This document shows positions 27,672-36,234 of a DNA stretch of 64,000 nucleotides, one piece after another. The notes beneath the pieces were generated by a model. The model was not told the DNA's origin. It ran no database searches and saw only the letters and a list, made by a program, of their open reading frames with translations. Within the stretch, counting starts at the first letter, position 1; each line of letters begins with the position of its first letter. Source of the DNA: Candidatus Curtissbacteria bacterium RIFOXYA1_FULL_41_14 (lineage in GTDB: Bacteria; Patescibacteriota; Microgenomatia; Curtissbacterales; GWA2-41-24); assembly GCA_001775095.1 (NCBI GenBank), contig MFCA01000022.1, positions 2,162 to 66,161 on the forward strand, written 5' to 3'. The translations under genes were made by a program, and so were the position numbers.

Positions 27672-28118
27672 ATGCGCTACGATTTAATGGTTGCTGTTGG
27701 TATCAAGGATGCGGACTCACTTGCCGGCAAACTTGAGAAATTTATTAAAGATGCTGCGGCGCAAGAGGTAAAAGTTGAGAAGCTGGGCAAAAAGACCTTA
27801 GCTTATCCTATTGCCAAGCAGCTAGAGGCCGAGTATTTCCTGTTTAATTTCGAGGCCCCGGCAGAGGCAATTTCTGCAATTACTCAAAACCTAAGACTTG
27901 AGCGAGAGACAATATTGAGGTATCTTTTAACAAAGGTAACAAAAGTAACAAAAGGAACAAGGGGTACAAAGGGAACAAAAGAGTTAATAGAATCAGAGGG
28001 TGAGAAAACAAAAGAAACAGGGAAAGTTGTGGTAAAGACGGTAGTAAAGGCAGGTACAAAGGTAACGAAAGGAACAAAGGGTACAAAAGGAACAAAAGTG
28101 AAAGGAAAGAAAAGTTGA
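27672..28118 (+). CDS. rpsF: 30S ribosomal protein S6 with a lysine-rich low-complexity C-terminal extension
   Basis: MRYDLMVAVGIKDAD...KTLAYPIAKQLEAEYFLFNFEA is an S6 core. The tail is KVTKGTKGTKGTK. Confidence 0.8.
   Translation: MRYDLMVAVGIKDADSLAGKLEKFIKDAAAQEVKVEKLGKKTLAYPIAKQLEAEYFLFNFEAPAEAISAITQNLRLERETILRYLLTKVTKVTKGTRGTKGTKELIESEGEKTKETGKVVVKTVVKAGTKVTKGTKGTKGTKVKGKKS
27934..28100 (+). repeat. Two blocks of tandem 9-nt repeats (GGTAACAAA / AGGAACAAA / GGGTACAAA) inside rpsF, encoding (V/G)TKG repeats
   Basis: Read directly. The repeats are multiples of 3 and in-frame. Confidence 0.55.
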
Positions 28119-28188
28119 CCCCACTTCGTCGAGTCAGACTCGACTTCGTCAAGTGAAACTTGACTTAGAGGGGCAAGGCAATTGACAA
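28115..28188. repeat. Paralogue of the 12033-12085 element carrying a nested GAGTCAGACTCGACTTCGTC hairpin insertion flanked by the direct repeat CTTCGTC
   Basis: Alignment with 12033-12085. The extra 20 nt equals the core of the mini-hairpin repeat. Confidence 0.55.
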
Positions 28189-28200
28189 TTAATAAACGAC

Positions 28201-28764
28201 ATGGCAAGTAGAGCATCGTTGAACAAAGTATTATTAATTGGAAATCTGACAAGAGATCCGGAGTTGAGATATACGCCTTCAGGCGCGGCGGTTTGTTCTT
28301 TCGGGCTGGCTACAAATAGAGTTTACGTTGCTTCTGACGGTACTAAAAAAGAGGAAGCGGAATTTATCAGGATCGTTTCCTGGAATAAACTGGCCGAGCT
28401 TTGTTCGCAGCTTCTTTCAAAAGGCAGGAAAGTTTATGTTGAAGGAAGATTGCAGACGAGAAGCTGGGAGACCCCCGATGGAATAACTAAGCAGACAACG
28501 GAAGTAGTTATTGATGACATGAGAATTCTGGATTCCCGCAGAAGTTTCGAGGAAGCCAGCACGGGGGAAAATATCCCTTATATAGAAAATACATCTGCAA
28601 GCCAGACAAAAGTCAAAGAGCCATCTTCCTTCGCTAAAGCTACGGAGGACAAGGAGAGTCTAAGGGTCAAAGAGTCAAAGGGGACAAAAGGGTCAAAAGA
28701 GCCAAAGGATTCAAATGGAGGCGGAGATGAGGATAAAATAGATTTAGACGATTTGCCATTTTAA
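28201..28764 (+). CDS. ssb: Single-stranded DNA-binding protein
   Basis: OB-fold N-terminus LNKVLLIGNLTRDPELRYTPSGAAVCSF...W. Acidic tail ending in DDLPF. Confidence 0.8.
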   Translation: MASRASLNKVLLIGNLTRDPELRYTPSGAAVCSFGLATNRVYVASDGTKKEEAEFIRIVSWNKLAELCSQLLSKGRKVYVEGRLQTRSWETPDGITKQTTEVVIDDMRILDSRRSFEEASTGENIPYIENTSASQTKVKEPSSFAKATEDKESLRVKESKGTKGSKEPKDSNGGGDEDKIDLDDLPF

Positions 28765-28794
28765 TCTTACAGACACTATTCTTAAATTAAGACT

Positions 28795-29010
28795 ATGAGA
28801 AGATTGAGACGCAGCAAGAAATGTCCTATATGCGGGACGAATGCTACTTTAGATTATAAAGATATTTCTCTTCTTAAAAAATATCTTTCTGAAAGAGGTA
28901 AAATTTTGGGCAGGGCTATCACTGGTGTATGTGCGAAGCACCAGAGGGGTCTTACCAGGAGTATTAAAAGAGCAAGATTCATGGCTCTTTTACCATTTAG
29001 CCAAAGATAA
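28795..29010 (+). CDS. rpsR: 30S ribosomal protein S18
   Basis: [42 protein letters not shown] is a bS18 signature. Sits in the rpsF-ssb-rpsR arrangement. Confidence 0.8.
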   Translation: MRRLRRSKKCPICGTNATLDYKDISLLKKYLSERGKILGRAITGVCAKHQRGLTRSIKRARFMALLPFSQR

Positions 29011-29016
29011 TCTCTT

Positions 29017-30252
29017 ATGCCTCAAAGTAAAACCCCAGCAAATCCGATCTTTAATTTCTTTTTGCAGTTTTTTGTTGTTGCCATAGTTTTTTTCGCAATC
29101 GGCTTTGCGGTAGGACAAAAAAGAGTTGAGATAGAAAAACGCGGTTTTGTACCTTCAATTTCGGTTACCAACCAGCTTCCCCCTAAAGAACAAAATCTAG
29201 ACTTTTCTCTTTTTTGGCAGGTATTTGACACCTTGCCCGAAAAGTATTTGGATAAAAGCGCGATTGATAGCCAAAAGCTTCTTTACGGGGCAATTTCCGG
29301 TATGGTGCGGTCTCTTGGCGATCCGTATACTGTCTTTTTGGATCCCGAGCAAAATGAGGAGATTCGCCAGGATCTTGCAGGCAGTTATGAAGGGGTTGGT
29401 ATTCAACTGGGTTTCAATAAAAACAAAAGGCTTGCGGTAATAGCGCCTTTGGACGGTACTCCTGCGCAGAGAGAGGGGATTTTGCCTAACGATCTGATTT
29501 TGCAGATTGACGAGCGGGACACTTTTGATTTGACATTGCCGGAAGCTGTTGACTTGATCCGCGGCCCGGCAGGGACCAAGGTTAAACTGGTTCTTTTGCG
29601 GGAAGGCGAAGATAAATCTTTCGAGAAAGAAATTGAAAGGACAAAGATAGATGTTAAAACTGTTAATGTCCAGTTTAAAGATACCCAAAGTGGCCAGGTA
29701 GCTGTAATTCGCGTCTCCAGATTTGGTGAGAATACAAATGACGAATGGGATAGGGCAGTAGAAGAAGTTTTGACAAGCGGAGCCAAAGGAGTAATTGTTG
29801 ACATGCGCAATAACCCAGGGGGACTACTGGATTCAGCCGTTCATTTGGCTTCTGAGTTTATGAGAGGGACAGTAGTTAAAGAGGAATTTTCCGATGGTTC
29901 TTCTGAGTCTTTGGGAATAGACCACGCGGGCAAGCTTTTAAAAATACCTTTGGTGGTTCTAGTTAACGGCGGTTCGGCTTCGGCTGCGGAAATTTTTGCA
30001 GGCGCAATCCAGGATGCAAAGCGCGCCGAAGTGGTCGGGGAGAAGACGTTCGGTAAGGGAACTGTTCAGGAACCGATTGAGCTATCAGGAGAAACAGCGC
30101 TTCATGTGACAATTGCCAGATGGTTGACGCCTAAAGGCAATTCGATACACGATGAGGGGATAACACCGGATGTTATAATTGAGTCTCCCGCGGAAGCGGA
30201 AGAAGGAGTAGATCCGCAATTGGAGAAGGCACTGGAGCTGGTTTTTAAATGA
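29017..30252 (+). CDS. ctpA: Carboxyl-terminal processing protease (S41), membrane-anchored, with a PDZ domain
   Basis: Catalytic-Ser region LVNGGSASAAEIFAGAIQD and the catalytic Lys in the GEKTFGKGTVQ segment. Confidence 0.75.
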   Translation: MPQSKTPANPIFNFFLQFFVVAIVFFAIGFAVGQKRVEIEKRGFVPSISVTNQLPPKEQNLDFSLFWQVFDTLPEKYLDKSAIDSQKLLYGAISGMVRSLGDPYTVFLDPEQNEEIRQDLAGSYEGVGIQLGFNKNKRLAVIAPLDGTPAQREGILPNDLILQIDERDTFDLTLPEAVDLIRGPAGTKVKLVLLREGEDKSFEKEIERTKIDVKTVNVQFKDTQSGQVAVIRVSRFGENTNDEWDRAVEEVLTSGAKGVIVDMRNNPGGLLDSAVHLASEFMRGTVVKEEFSDGSSESLGIDHAGKLLKIPLVVLVNGGSASAAEIFAGAIQDAKRAEVVGEKTFGKGTVQEPIELSGETALHVTIARWLTPKGNSIHDEGITPDVIIESPAEAEEGVDPQLEKALELVFK

Positions 30253-31367
30253 AGGTTAAAAGATTTACTTTGATCTTAATAGTTGGTGCTTTGTGGTTGG
30301 TAAGTGCCATCGCTATCGGCCGTTTTTTGGTGCAAAAACTACCTGCGCAGACTTTTGAAAATAAGAGTATTAACCAAACCCAAAAAGTTGTTAATGAAGA
30401 GTCGGTGGTTATTGATGTTGTTAAAAAAGTTTCGCCATCGGTAGTGTCGATTGCAGTTGAAAATCAACAACAATTTCTCAATCCATTTTTTAACTTCGGG
30501 CAATCAACCGAGCAGCAATCCGGGATCGGAACCGGCTTCGTAGTTTCCAAAGACGGTTTGATTTTGACCAACAAACATGTTGTTTCGGAGAGCGGAGCGA
30601 AATATACAGCGATAATTAGAGGCAGTGACGACTCAGAAAGAAAATTGCCCATTAAAAAAGTTAACCTTGATCCTTTTAACGATTTAGCCCTGGTCCAGGT
30701 AGATGCCAATGATCTATCTCCGGTCGAACTCGGCGATTCCGATCATCTGCAGGTTGGCCAATCGGTTATTGCCATTGGTAATGCTTTAGGCCGGTTTGAT
30801 AATACCGTGACAACCGGTGTTGTTTCAGCGCTGGGCAGAGCTGTCAGTCCGATTGATCCCTCAACCGGTGTTGCCGAAAGACTTGACGATCTAATCCAAA
30901 CAGATGCGGCGGTTAATCCGGGTAATTCCGGAGGCCCCTTGGTTAACAGTGCAGGTCAGGTAATCGGTGTTAATACAGCTGTCGCCAGTGCCCAGAATAT
31001 TGCTTTTGCCATCAAAATTAATGTTGCCAAAGCCTTAATTTCTGATTTTCAAAGTTCCGGAGGAAAAATCTCCAGACCCTTCTTAGGAATCCGCTATACG
31101 CATATTCCCAAAGACACAGCAATATTGAATGATGTTGTCGAAGGAGAACTGGTGCGTGAAGTTGTCTCAGGTTCGGCCGCAGATAGTGCTGGTGTTAAAG
31201 TTCGCGATATTGTCACTGAATTTGACGGTCAAAAATTAGCCGGGGATACTACTCTTAATCAAGTGATTAGAAATAAAAAGGTCGGCGACACGGTTAAGAT
31301 TAGGGTTTTTCGCGATGGAAATACTTTGGATTTTTCGGCGACTTTAGGAGAAGCACCTTCCGAATAA
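30249..31367 (+). CDS. htrA: HtrA/DegP-family trypsin-like serine protease with a PDZ domain
   Basis: Catalytic triad contexts LTNKHVV, D...ALV and GNSGGPLVN. C-terminal PDZ. Confidence 0.8.
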   Translation: MKVKRFTLILIVGALWLVSAIAIGRFLVQKLPAQTFENKSINQTQKVVNEESVVIDVVKKVSPSVVSIAVENQQQFLNPFFNFGQSTEQQSGIGTGFVVSKDGLILTNKHVVSESGAKYTAIIRGSDDSERKLPIKKVNLDPFNDLALVQVDANDLSPVELGDSDHLQVGQSVIAIGNALGRFDNTVTTGVVSALGRAVSPIDPSTGVAERLDDLIQTDAAVNPGNSGGPLVNSAGQVIGVNTAVASAQNIAFAIKINVAKALISDFQSSGGKISRPFLGIRYTHIPKDTAILNDVVEGELVREVVSGSAADSAGVKVRDIVTEFDGQKLAGDTTLNQVIRNKKVGDTVKIRVFRDGNTLDFSATLGEAPSE

Positions 31368-31403
31368 AATTCGGAATTTCAAATTTCAAATTTCAAATTT
31401 CAA

Positions 31404-31458
31404 ATCCCAGTGCACACCCCCGGGGTGCGCGTCGGCAATCGTCTATTGCTCACCCCGG
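31404..31458. repeat. Double palindrome CACACCCCCGGGGTGCG-N22-CTCACCCCGGGGGTGAGC lying between the convergent genes htrA and dedA. Likely a bidirectional terminator and a member of a mobile repeat family whose paralogue sits inside prfA.
   Basis: Palindromes read directly. Preceded by the hairpin TTCCGAATAAAATTCGGAA and (AATTTCA)x4. Confidence 0.6.
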
Positions 31459-31472
31459 GGGTGAGCTATGAA

Positions 31473-31958
31473 CTATAATACCTTCCCCAGAATATTCCCA
31501 AAGAACTTTCCAATCACGTAGTATAAATTTGCCCAGATGAAGGCAGCAATGGTTGTATAAAGCCAGAAGGTTTTGTAGGGAACTTCAAAAAGTCCGGCAA
31601 CAGCGGGCGTGACTATGCGAAGACCTGGAATGAGACGGCCGATGACAATGGTTTTTCCTCCATGTTTTTCAAACCAGCCCTCGATCTTCCTAATTTTGTC
31701 AGGTGTAAGTTTAATGTATTTACCGAATTTGAGGATTAATTTATGGCCGAAGAATCTGGCCAGAGTAAATAAAATTGTCGAGCCGCAAAGGGTAGCGGCA
31801 ACGATTGTTGCCACGAGTGCTAGATAATTGGTGCTGGGCAGGGCAGCGATAGTGGCAATAAAAATATCGCCGGGAATGGGTAGAGGAATACCTCCTTCCT
31901 CGGCAAATAGAATCAAAAATAGTCCTAAATAGGAATATTCCTGGATAAACTCAAGCAT
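31473..31958 (-). CDS. DedA/VTT-family membrane protein
   Basis: EGGIPLPIPGDIFIATIAAL and GRLIPGLR motifs. Confidence 0.7.
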   Translation of the reverse strand: MLEFIQEYSYLGLFLILFAEEGGIPLPIPGDIFIATIAALPSTNYLALVATIVAATLCGSTILFTLARFFGHKLILKFGKYIKLTPDKIRKIEGWFEKHGGKTIVIGRLIPGLRIVTPAVAGLFEVPYKTFWLYTTIAAFIWANLYYVIGKFFGNILGKVL

Positions 31959-32012
31959 GTGATTATTTTATACCAGATGTGTGTCTGGAGCACTGTTAAG
32001 GGAGGTTCGGGC

Positions 32013-32225
32013 TTACTTATGTTTGGTCCTCGTAAAATTATCAATTGCTTGCAATACCGCAGTATAGCCATGTGTATGTTTCTCTCCTCCAAGCGGTCGG
32101 GGAATACCCATTAATTCTTGCATCAACGTAGTGTCTATTTGGTCAAGATGCGCGTCCTCGTTTTTGGATTGCTGTCTTAGCCAAGCATCAGCATCGATAC
32201 GGGCTGTTTCTTTCGGGCTTGACAT
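32013..32225 (-). CDS. Hypothetical small protein
   Basis: ORF only. Confidence 0.2.
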   Translation of the reverse strand: MSSPKETARIDADAWLRQQSKNEDAHLDQIDTTLMQELMGIPRPLGGEKHTHGYTAVLQAIDNFTRTKHK

Positions 32226-32316
32226 ATTATAGGGTATTATAACTTTGTGAATTTAATTTGTCAACAAGATCACTACGCCTTGACAAAAGGCCCATAATGC
32301 ATTAGATTACTTAACT

Positions 32317-32889
32317 ATGCTAGAGAATGTTGGTTACTGCAGGTTGCCAGATGACACCTATAGAAATTTAGCAGAAGGACACTGGAGTTATACAGATGAA
32401 AAGCCAGATAATCCAGTTCTAATTCTGGCGCAGGTTTTAGAACAAAGACGTTTGGGGGTTCGATTTTTAGATAGCGAGACATCTGAAGGCGATGTAGAAA
32501 TTCATGTTTCTCATCATAAGGGCGAAGTTTTGCTAGATAGAATTATCCGTACTCCGGAACTAGGTGTTCTTATAAACGTAATTCGGTTAGGTGTTTTGGA
32601 CCCCAGGATTAGATGTTGTCATCAGTGGATCGCGGACACCCAAAAGAGAATAGAGGCTCTTGCGTTGCAAAAACAAGCTGATCATAGTCAAAAGCAGGCT
32701 GATCTGATTACGTCCACTGACATAGGGCCCGGAGAGCAAAAAGCTACTTTTCTAAAAGTAGCTCAAAACGCGAGTAACGAAGCACGGAGAATATTAGGAA
32801 ACCTTGACTCTTTAACACCAGATGATATTCGCGGACTCATTGAGGCGGTTGTTGAGCGAGAAATAATTCCGGCTTCTCAGGCTGCATAA
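32317..32889 (+). CDS. Hypothetical protein, paralogue A of a tandem pair
   Basis: Shares NPVLILAQVLEQRRLGV and LDSLTPDDIRGLIEAVV with the next ORF (NPAYVLAQTLNRVGLA and LPPLRSTDIRGIIRQLV). Confidence 0.35.
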   Translation: MLENVGYCRLPDDTYRNLAEGHWSYTDEKPDNPVLILAQVLEQRRLGVRFLDSETSEGDVEIHVSHHKGEVLLDRIIRTPELGVLINVIRLGVLDPRIRCCHQWIADTQKRIEALALQKQADHSQKQADLITSTDIGPGEQKATFLKVAQNASNEARRILGNLDSLTPDDIRGLIEAVVEREIIPASQAA

Positions 32890-32957
32890 ATTTTATCTCG
32901 AGCCGGTAAAATTCATAATTGACACAAAACCTATAATATGCTAATGTTCAGTTCAAT

Positions 32958-33527
32958 ATGAAAGAAGTAGTGGAGGTAGGCGCAGTTACCCCAGATAAGT
33001 TAGCTGAGATTGCCAATAATGGGATCTTCTGGAGTCAAACTCGCCAAGATAGACTTAATCCCGCTTATGTGCTAGCCCAGACTCTCAATCGAGTGGGATT
33101 AGCTGCTTGTGTTCCCGTAGCAGCAATTGATGGTCAGGGAATTTTAAGTAAGGGAATGGTTGCGATTTATGCGACTTCAGAAGGTGATTCAGTTTTAAAT
33201 AGGATTACCGATACCCCTGGTGTATATTGTGTTTTGGAACGGGCATATAATGGAGATTTAGTCCCGGATGATCCATTGTTCGAAACTTGCAGGTTGAATA
33301 GAAGAGCTAGAAGAAGAATTATGGCTTTTAATCTGCAGCGATCAGCAAGGGCATCTTGGAGATTAGGGTTGGGAGAAGAAGCAAAAGAAAGTCGATTGGT
33401 AGCCAGGAGAGTTTTAGGCAAACTTCCACCATTGAGATCAACTGATATTCGCGGAATTATTAGACAACTTGTTATAAGGGCACAGATGTCGCAACTTCCC
33501 AGGCCTCATAAACCAAAAGTGCAGTAA
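32958..33527 (+). CDS. Hypothetical protein, paralogue B of a tandem pair
   Basis: See paralogue A. Confidence 0.35.
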   Translation: MKEVVEVGAVTPDKLAEIANNGIFWSQTRQDRLNPAYVLAQTLNRVGLAACVPVAAIDGQGILSKGMVAIYATSEGDSVLNRITDTPGVYCVLERAYNGDLVPDDPLFETCRLNRRARRRIMAFNLQRSARASWRLGLGEEAKESRLVARRVLGKLPPLRSTDIRGIIRQLVIRAQMSQLPRPHKPKVQ

Positions 33528-33599
33528 TCGGACATTTCACAAATACTGTTTTATTAAGAACTGTTTAGGGGTAAACTTCGCAGGGCAGGCATGTTTTGT

Positions 33600-34517
33600 T
33601 TATTCATGTAGGGCATCAATTATTTTATCCAATTTGCCATTCATTACTTCTTCCAGGTTGTGCCATGACTTATTAATTCTATGGTCTGTAATGCGATTCT
33701 GGGGATAATTATAAGTGCGGATTTTTTCGGAGCGGTCGCCCGTGCCCAGTTGGGCTGAGCGTTGAGAACTGAGTTGAGAGGATTGCTTTTCTTCTTCAAG
33801 TTGATAAATTTTTGAGCGCAAGATTCCCATAGCGATTTCGCGGTTTTGGCCTTGTGAACGTTCGGTTTGAGCCTTAACAACAATTCCGGTCGGTTTGTGT
33901 TTAATTCTGACGGCGGTTGAAACTTTATTAACATTTTGACCGCCGTGGCCGCCGGAACGGAAAGCTTCAAATTCAATATCGGCAGGATCAATAATAACTT
34001 GAGTCGGAGGTACTTCCGGCAAAATCGCAACTGTAGCAGTTGAGGTATGAATACGGCCGGATGACTCGGTGACAGGAACTCTTTGAACCCGGTGGACACC
34101 TGATTCATGTTGAAGTTTTTCAAAAACGTTTTTGCCGGAAATTTTAACAATTACAGTCTTGATATTTCCAAGTCCGCCTTCGGTGCAGTCCAATTCTTCA
34201 AACTGCCATCTGTTGTTGACGGCAAACTTTTGATACATTCGCAGAAGATCGGCTGCGAAAAGCCCGGCTTCATCGCCGCCGGCAGCGGAGCGGATTTCTA
34301 GAATGACAGACGAGTTTGTGGGCCCACCCCCGGGGTGCGATCCGGGTGACGTCAAGACTTCACCCCGGGGGTGAGTCAGGGCAATTTTTTCTTCTTCAAG
34401 CTTCTCTATTTCTTCCTGCGCGAGCTCGGCCATAGAAGGGTCAGCTGACACTAATTCTTGAGCTTCTTTAATCTTCTTTTCAATATTTTCAATTTGTTGT
34501 TTTTGATAATCGGTCAT
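33600..34517 (-). CDS. prfA: Peptide chain release factor 1 with an in-frame palindromic-element insertion in the N-terminal domain
   Basis: GGQ motif [14 protein letters not shown]1-type PVT tripeptide in [16 protein letters not shown]. The extra segment [21 protein letters not shown] is encoded by the element. Confidence 0.85.
   Translation of the reverse strand: MTDYQKQQIENIEKKIKEAQELVSADPSMAELAQEEIEKLEEEKIALTHPRGEVLTSPGSHPGGGPTNSSVILEIRSAAGGDEAGLFAADLLRMYQKFAVNNRWQFEELDCTEGGLGNIKTVIVKISGKNVFEKLQHESGVHRVQRVPVTESSGRIHTSTATVAILPEVPPTQVIIDPADIEFEAFRSGGHGGQNVNKVSTAVRIKHKPTGIVVKAQTERSQGQNREIAMGILRSKIYQLEEEKQSSQLSSQRSAQLGTGDRSEKIRTYNYPQNRITDHRINKSWHNLEEVMNGKLDKIIDALHE
34318..34384. mobile_element. 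Double-palindrome element (CACCCCCGGGGTG ... CACCCCGGGGGTG) inserted in-frame within prfA. Paralogue of 31404-31458.
   Basis: Same two palindromes and a similar spacer as the intergenic copy. The ORF remains open through it. Confidence 0.65.
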
Positions 34518-34614
34518 AAAAGTTAATTGTTATATTGTTGAATTGTTAAATTGTTAGAGATTCATTTTCTATAGAACAATATGGCAATATAGCAATTCAA
34601 CAATTTAGGATTAT

Positions 34615-34926
34615 CTAGGAGGAGGCTTGCTTTTTGGCAAGATCAAGCATTTCTTTGAGGGAAGTGGGCCTGATTCTTTCGACTCTTTCTTTTTCGACCT
34701 TTTGCTTTTGGAGGCTAATCTCTTTTGATTTTTGCTGACGTTTCTGGAACTTTTCAACTCGCCCTAAAGTATCGACAAATTTCATCTCGCCGGTAAAGAA
34801 GGGATGGCACTTGCTGCAGACGTCGACGTGGATTTGGGCGACTGTAGCCCCTGTAGTAAATGCGTTACCACAGGCGCAAGTCACTTTGGCATCGTCAAAA
34901 TATTGCGGATGAACACCTTTTTTCAC
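34615..34926 (-). CDS. rpmE: 50S ribosomal protein L31 (type A, Cys4) with a basic C-terminal extension
   Basis: MKKGVHPQY...CACGN...[10 protein letters not shown] is a bL31 signature. Confidence 0.8.
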   Translation of the reverse strand: MKKGVHPQYFDDAKVTCACGNAFTTGATVAQIHVDVCSKCHPFFTGEMKFVDTLGRVEKFQKRQQKSKEISLQKQKVEKERVERIRPTSLKEMLDLAKKQASS

Positions 34927-34980
34927 TTCAGGCTATTTTAGCAAAATTGGCATATTTTTTACAATTATTAACGATGATCT

Positions 34981-35095
34981 TGTTAAAAACCCTTATTGTT
35001 CGAGCACAGGAGAGTACCGTCCGGTACTCTCCGCAGCGAGAACTCAAACTTCTCACGTTGTTCGAAGAATAATAGTTTTCAATAGACTATCGATG
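34981..35095. mobile_element. MITE-like palindromic element copy C
   Basis: CCCTTATTGTTCGAGCACAGGAGAGTACCGTCCGGTACTCTCCGCAGCGAGAAC...TTCTCACGTTGTTCGAAGAATAA, a near-perfect RC of copy D. Confidence 0.65.
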
Positions 35096-35977
35096 TAAAG
35101 GGTGGGCGCGGCGTTTTTGTTCAACTAAAAGAACTGCTGTTGCAATCAAAAGTCCGCCGATTAGAAGTTGAGGTGTTAATTTCTCTCCAAGCAGAATGAT
35201 AGACAGGATAGTTCCGGAAACCGGATCCAGATAGAAGAAAAAAGCTGCCTGACCAGCCGGCATGAGCGAAAGTCCCTTTTGCCAAAACCAGTAGGCGATA
35301 AGAGAGGCAAAGATAATTCCGTACACAATACCAGCAATGCCCATTAAGTTGATTTGCGAGGTCCAATTTGGGTTCGAGATATATTCCCAAATAAATAAAG
35401 GCATAAGTGTGATGCTGCCGATTGCCATTAAATAAAAAGTGAGAACATCGGCGCTGTAAGAAGTTAAGAGTTTTTTGGCAATAATCTCGTGAACTACCCA
35501 GGAAAAGGTCGCAATTAGAAGAAGCATGTTTCCGATTGTTTGGGTCAAAGTAAAGCTGCCCAAGGGTTTGCCAATAATAATAATTATGCCAACCAGGGCA
35601 ATAATTGATGAGCTGATAAGGGAAAAGGACAGTTTTTCTCTAAGGTAAAAATGGGCTGCCAGTATAGTTAAAATCGGTACGGAAGCTACCAAAAACGAAG
35701 CAGTGATTGCTTCGGTTAATTTGAGCCCGAGAAAGAAAAAGGTCAGATTAAAAGAAACTCCTGTTAACGCTGCCCATATAAACATAAAAATGTCCTTCTT
35801 TTTTATTTCCAATTTTTTGTGAACAAAGATTAAAAGGATCAGGGCGGCTATAGAGATTCTGATAAAAACCAGTGAGAAAACCGGGACTTGGGTTAAGGTT
35901 AGTTTCATAATCGGGGCGGTCGCGCCCCAGATGATGGCGGCGGAAGCGGTAAATAAGAAGGCAGAGTTGAGCTTCAA
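35087..35977 (-). CDS. EamA/DMT-family transporter (TTG start)
   Basis: Ten TM segments and two EamA-like halves. Confidence 0.65.
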   Translation of the reverse strand: MKLNSAFLFTASAAIIWGATAPIMKLTLTQVPVFSLVFIRISIAALILLIFVHKKLEIKKKDIFMFIWAALTGVSFNLTFFFLGLKLTEAITASFLVASVPILTILAAHFYLREKLSFSLISSSIIALVGIIIIIGKPLGSFTLTQTIGNMLLLIATFSWVVHEIIAKKLLTSYSADVLTFYLMAIGSITLMPLFIWEYISNPNWTSQINLMGIAGIVYGIIFASLIAYWFWQKGLSLMPAGQAAFFFYLDPVSGTILSIILLGEKLTPQLLIGGLLIATAVLLVEQKRRAHPLHR

Positions 35978-36234
35978 TTTAATTTCTAATTTCTAATTTC
36001 TAAATCCTAAACAAATCAAAATGACCAAAATTCAAAACAATTTTAAGAGAAATTTATCTTTTTTGATCATTTGATATTTGAATTTTGAAATTGTTTAGAG
36101 TTTAGAATTTAGAGTTTAGAATTTTTATTAGTCATTAGGTTAATATCAGCATGAGCTTCGCTCATCTGATATATCAGTAAACTTCATTAGATTTTTATAT
36201 TAATTACAATAATTGAAGTTTAGCTGATATTAGG
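35978..36234. repeat. ~260-bp AT-rich intergenic element, copy 1, in reverse orientation and abutting the eamA start
   Basis: RC aligns by eye with 59764-60028. Contains the CTAAACTCTAAATTCTAAAC and TTAGGATTTAGAAATTAGAAATT blocks and a CTGATATATCAG-hairpin-CTGATAT module. Confidence 0.65.

Noticed and set aside
27934-28100. Regularly spaced short direct repeats that superficially resemble a CRISPR array
   Set aside because: The repeats are 9-nt units lying in-frame inside rpsF and encoding a (V/G)TKG low-complexity tail. There are no 25-40-nt repeats with unique spacers and no cas genes. No CRISPR array is present anywhere in the window.
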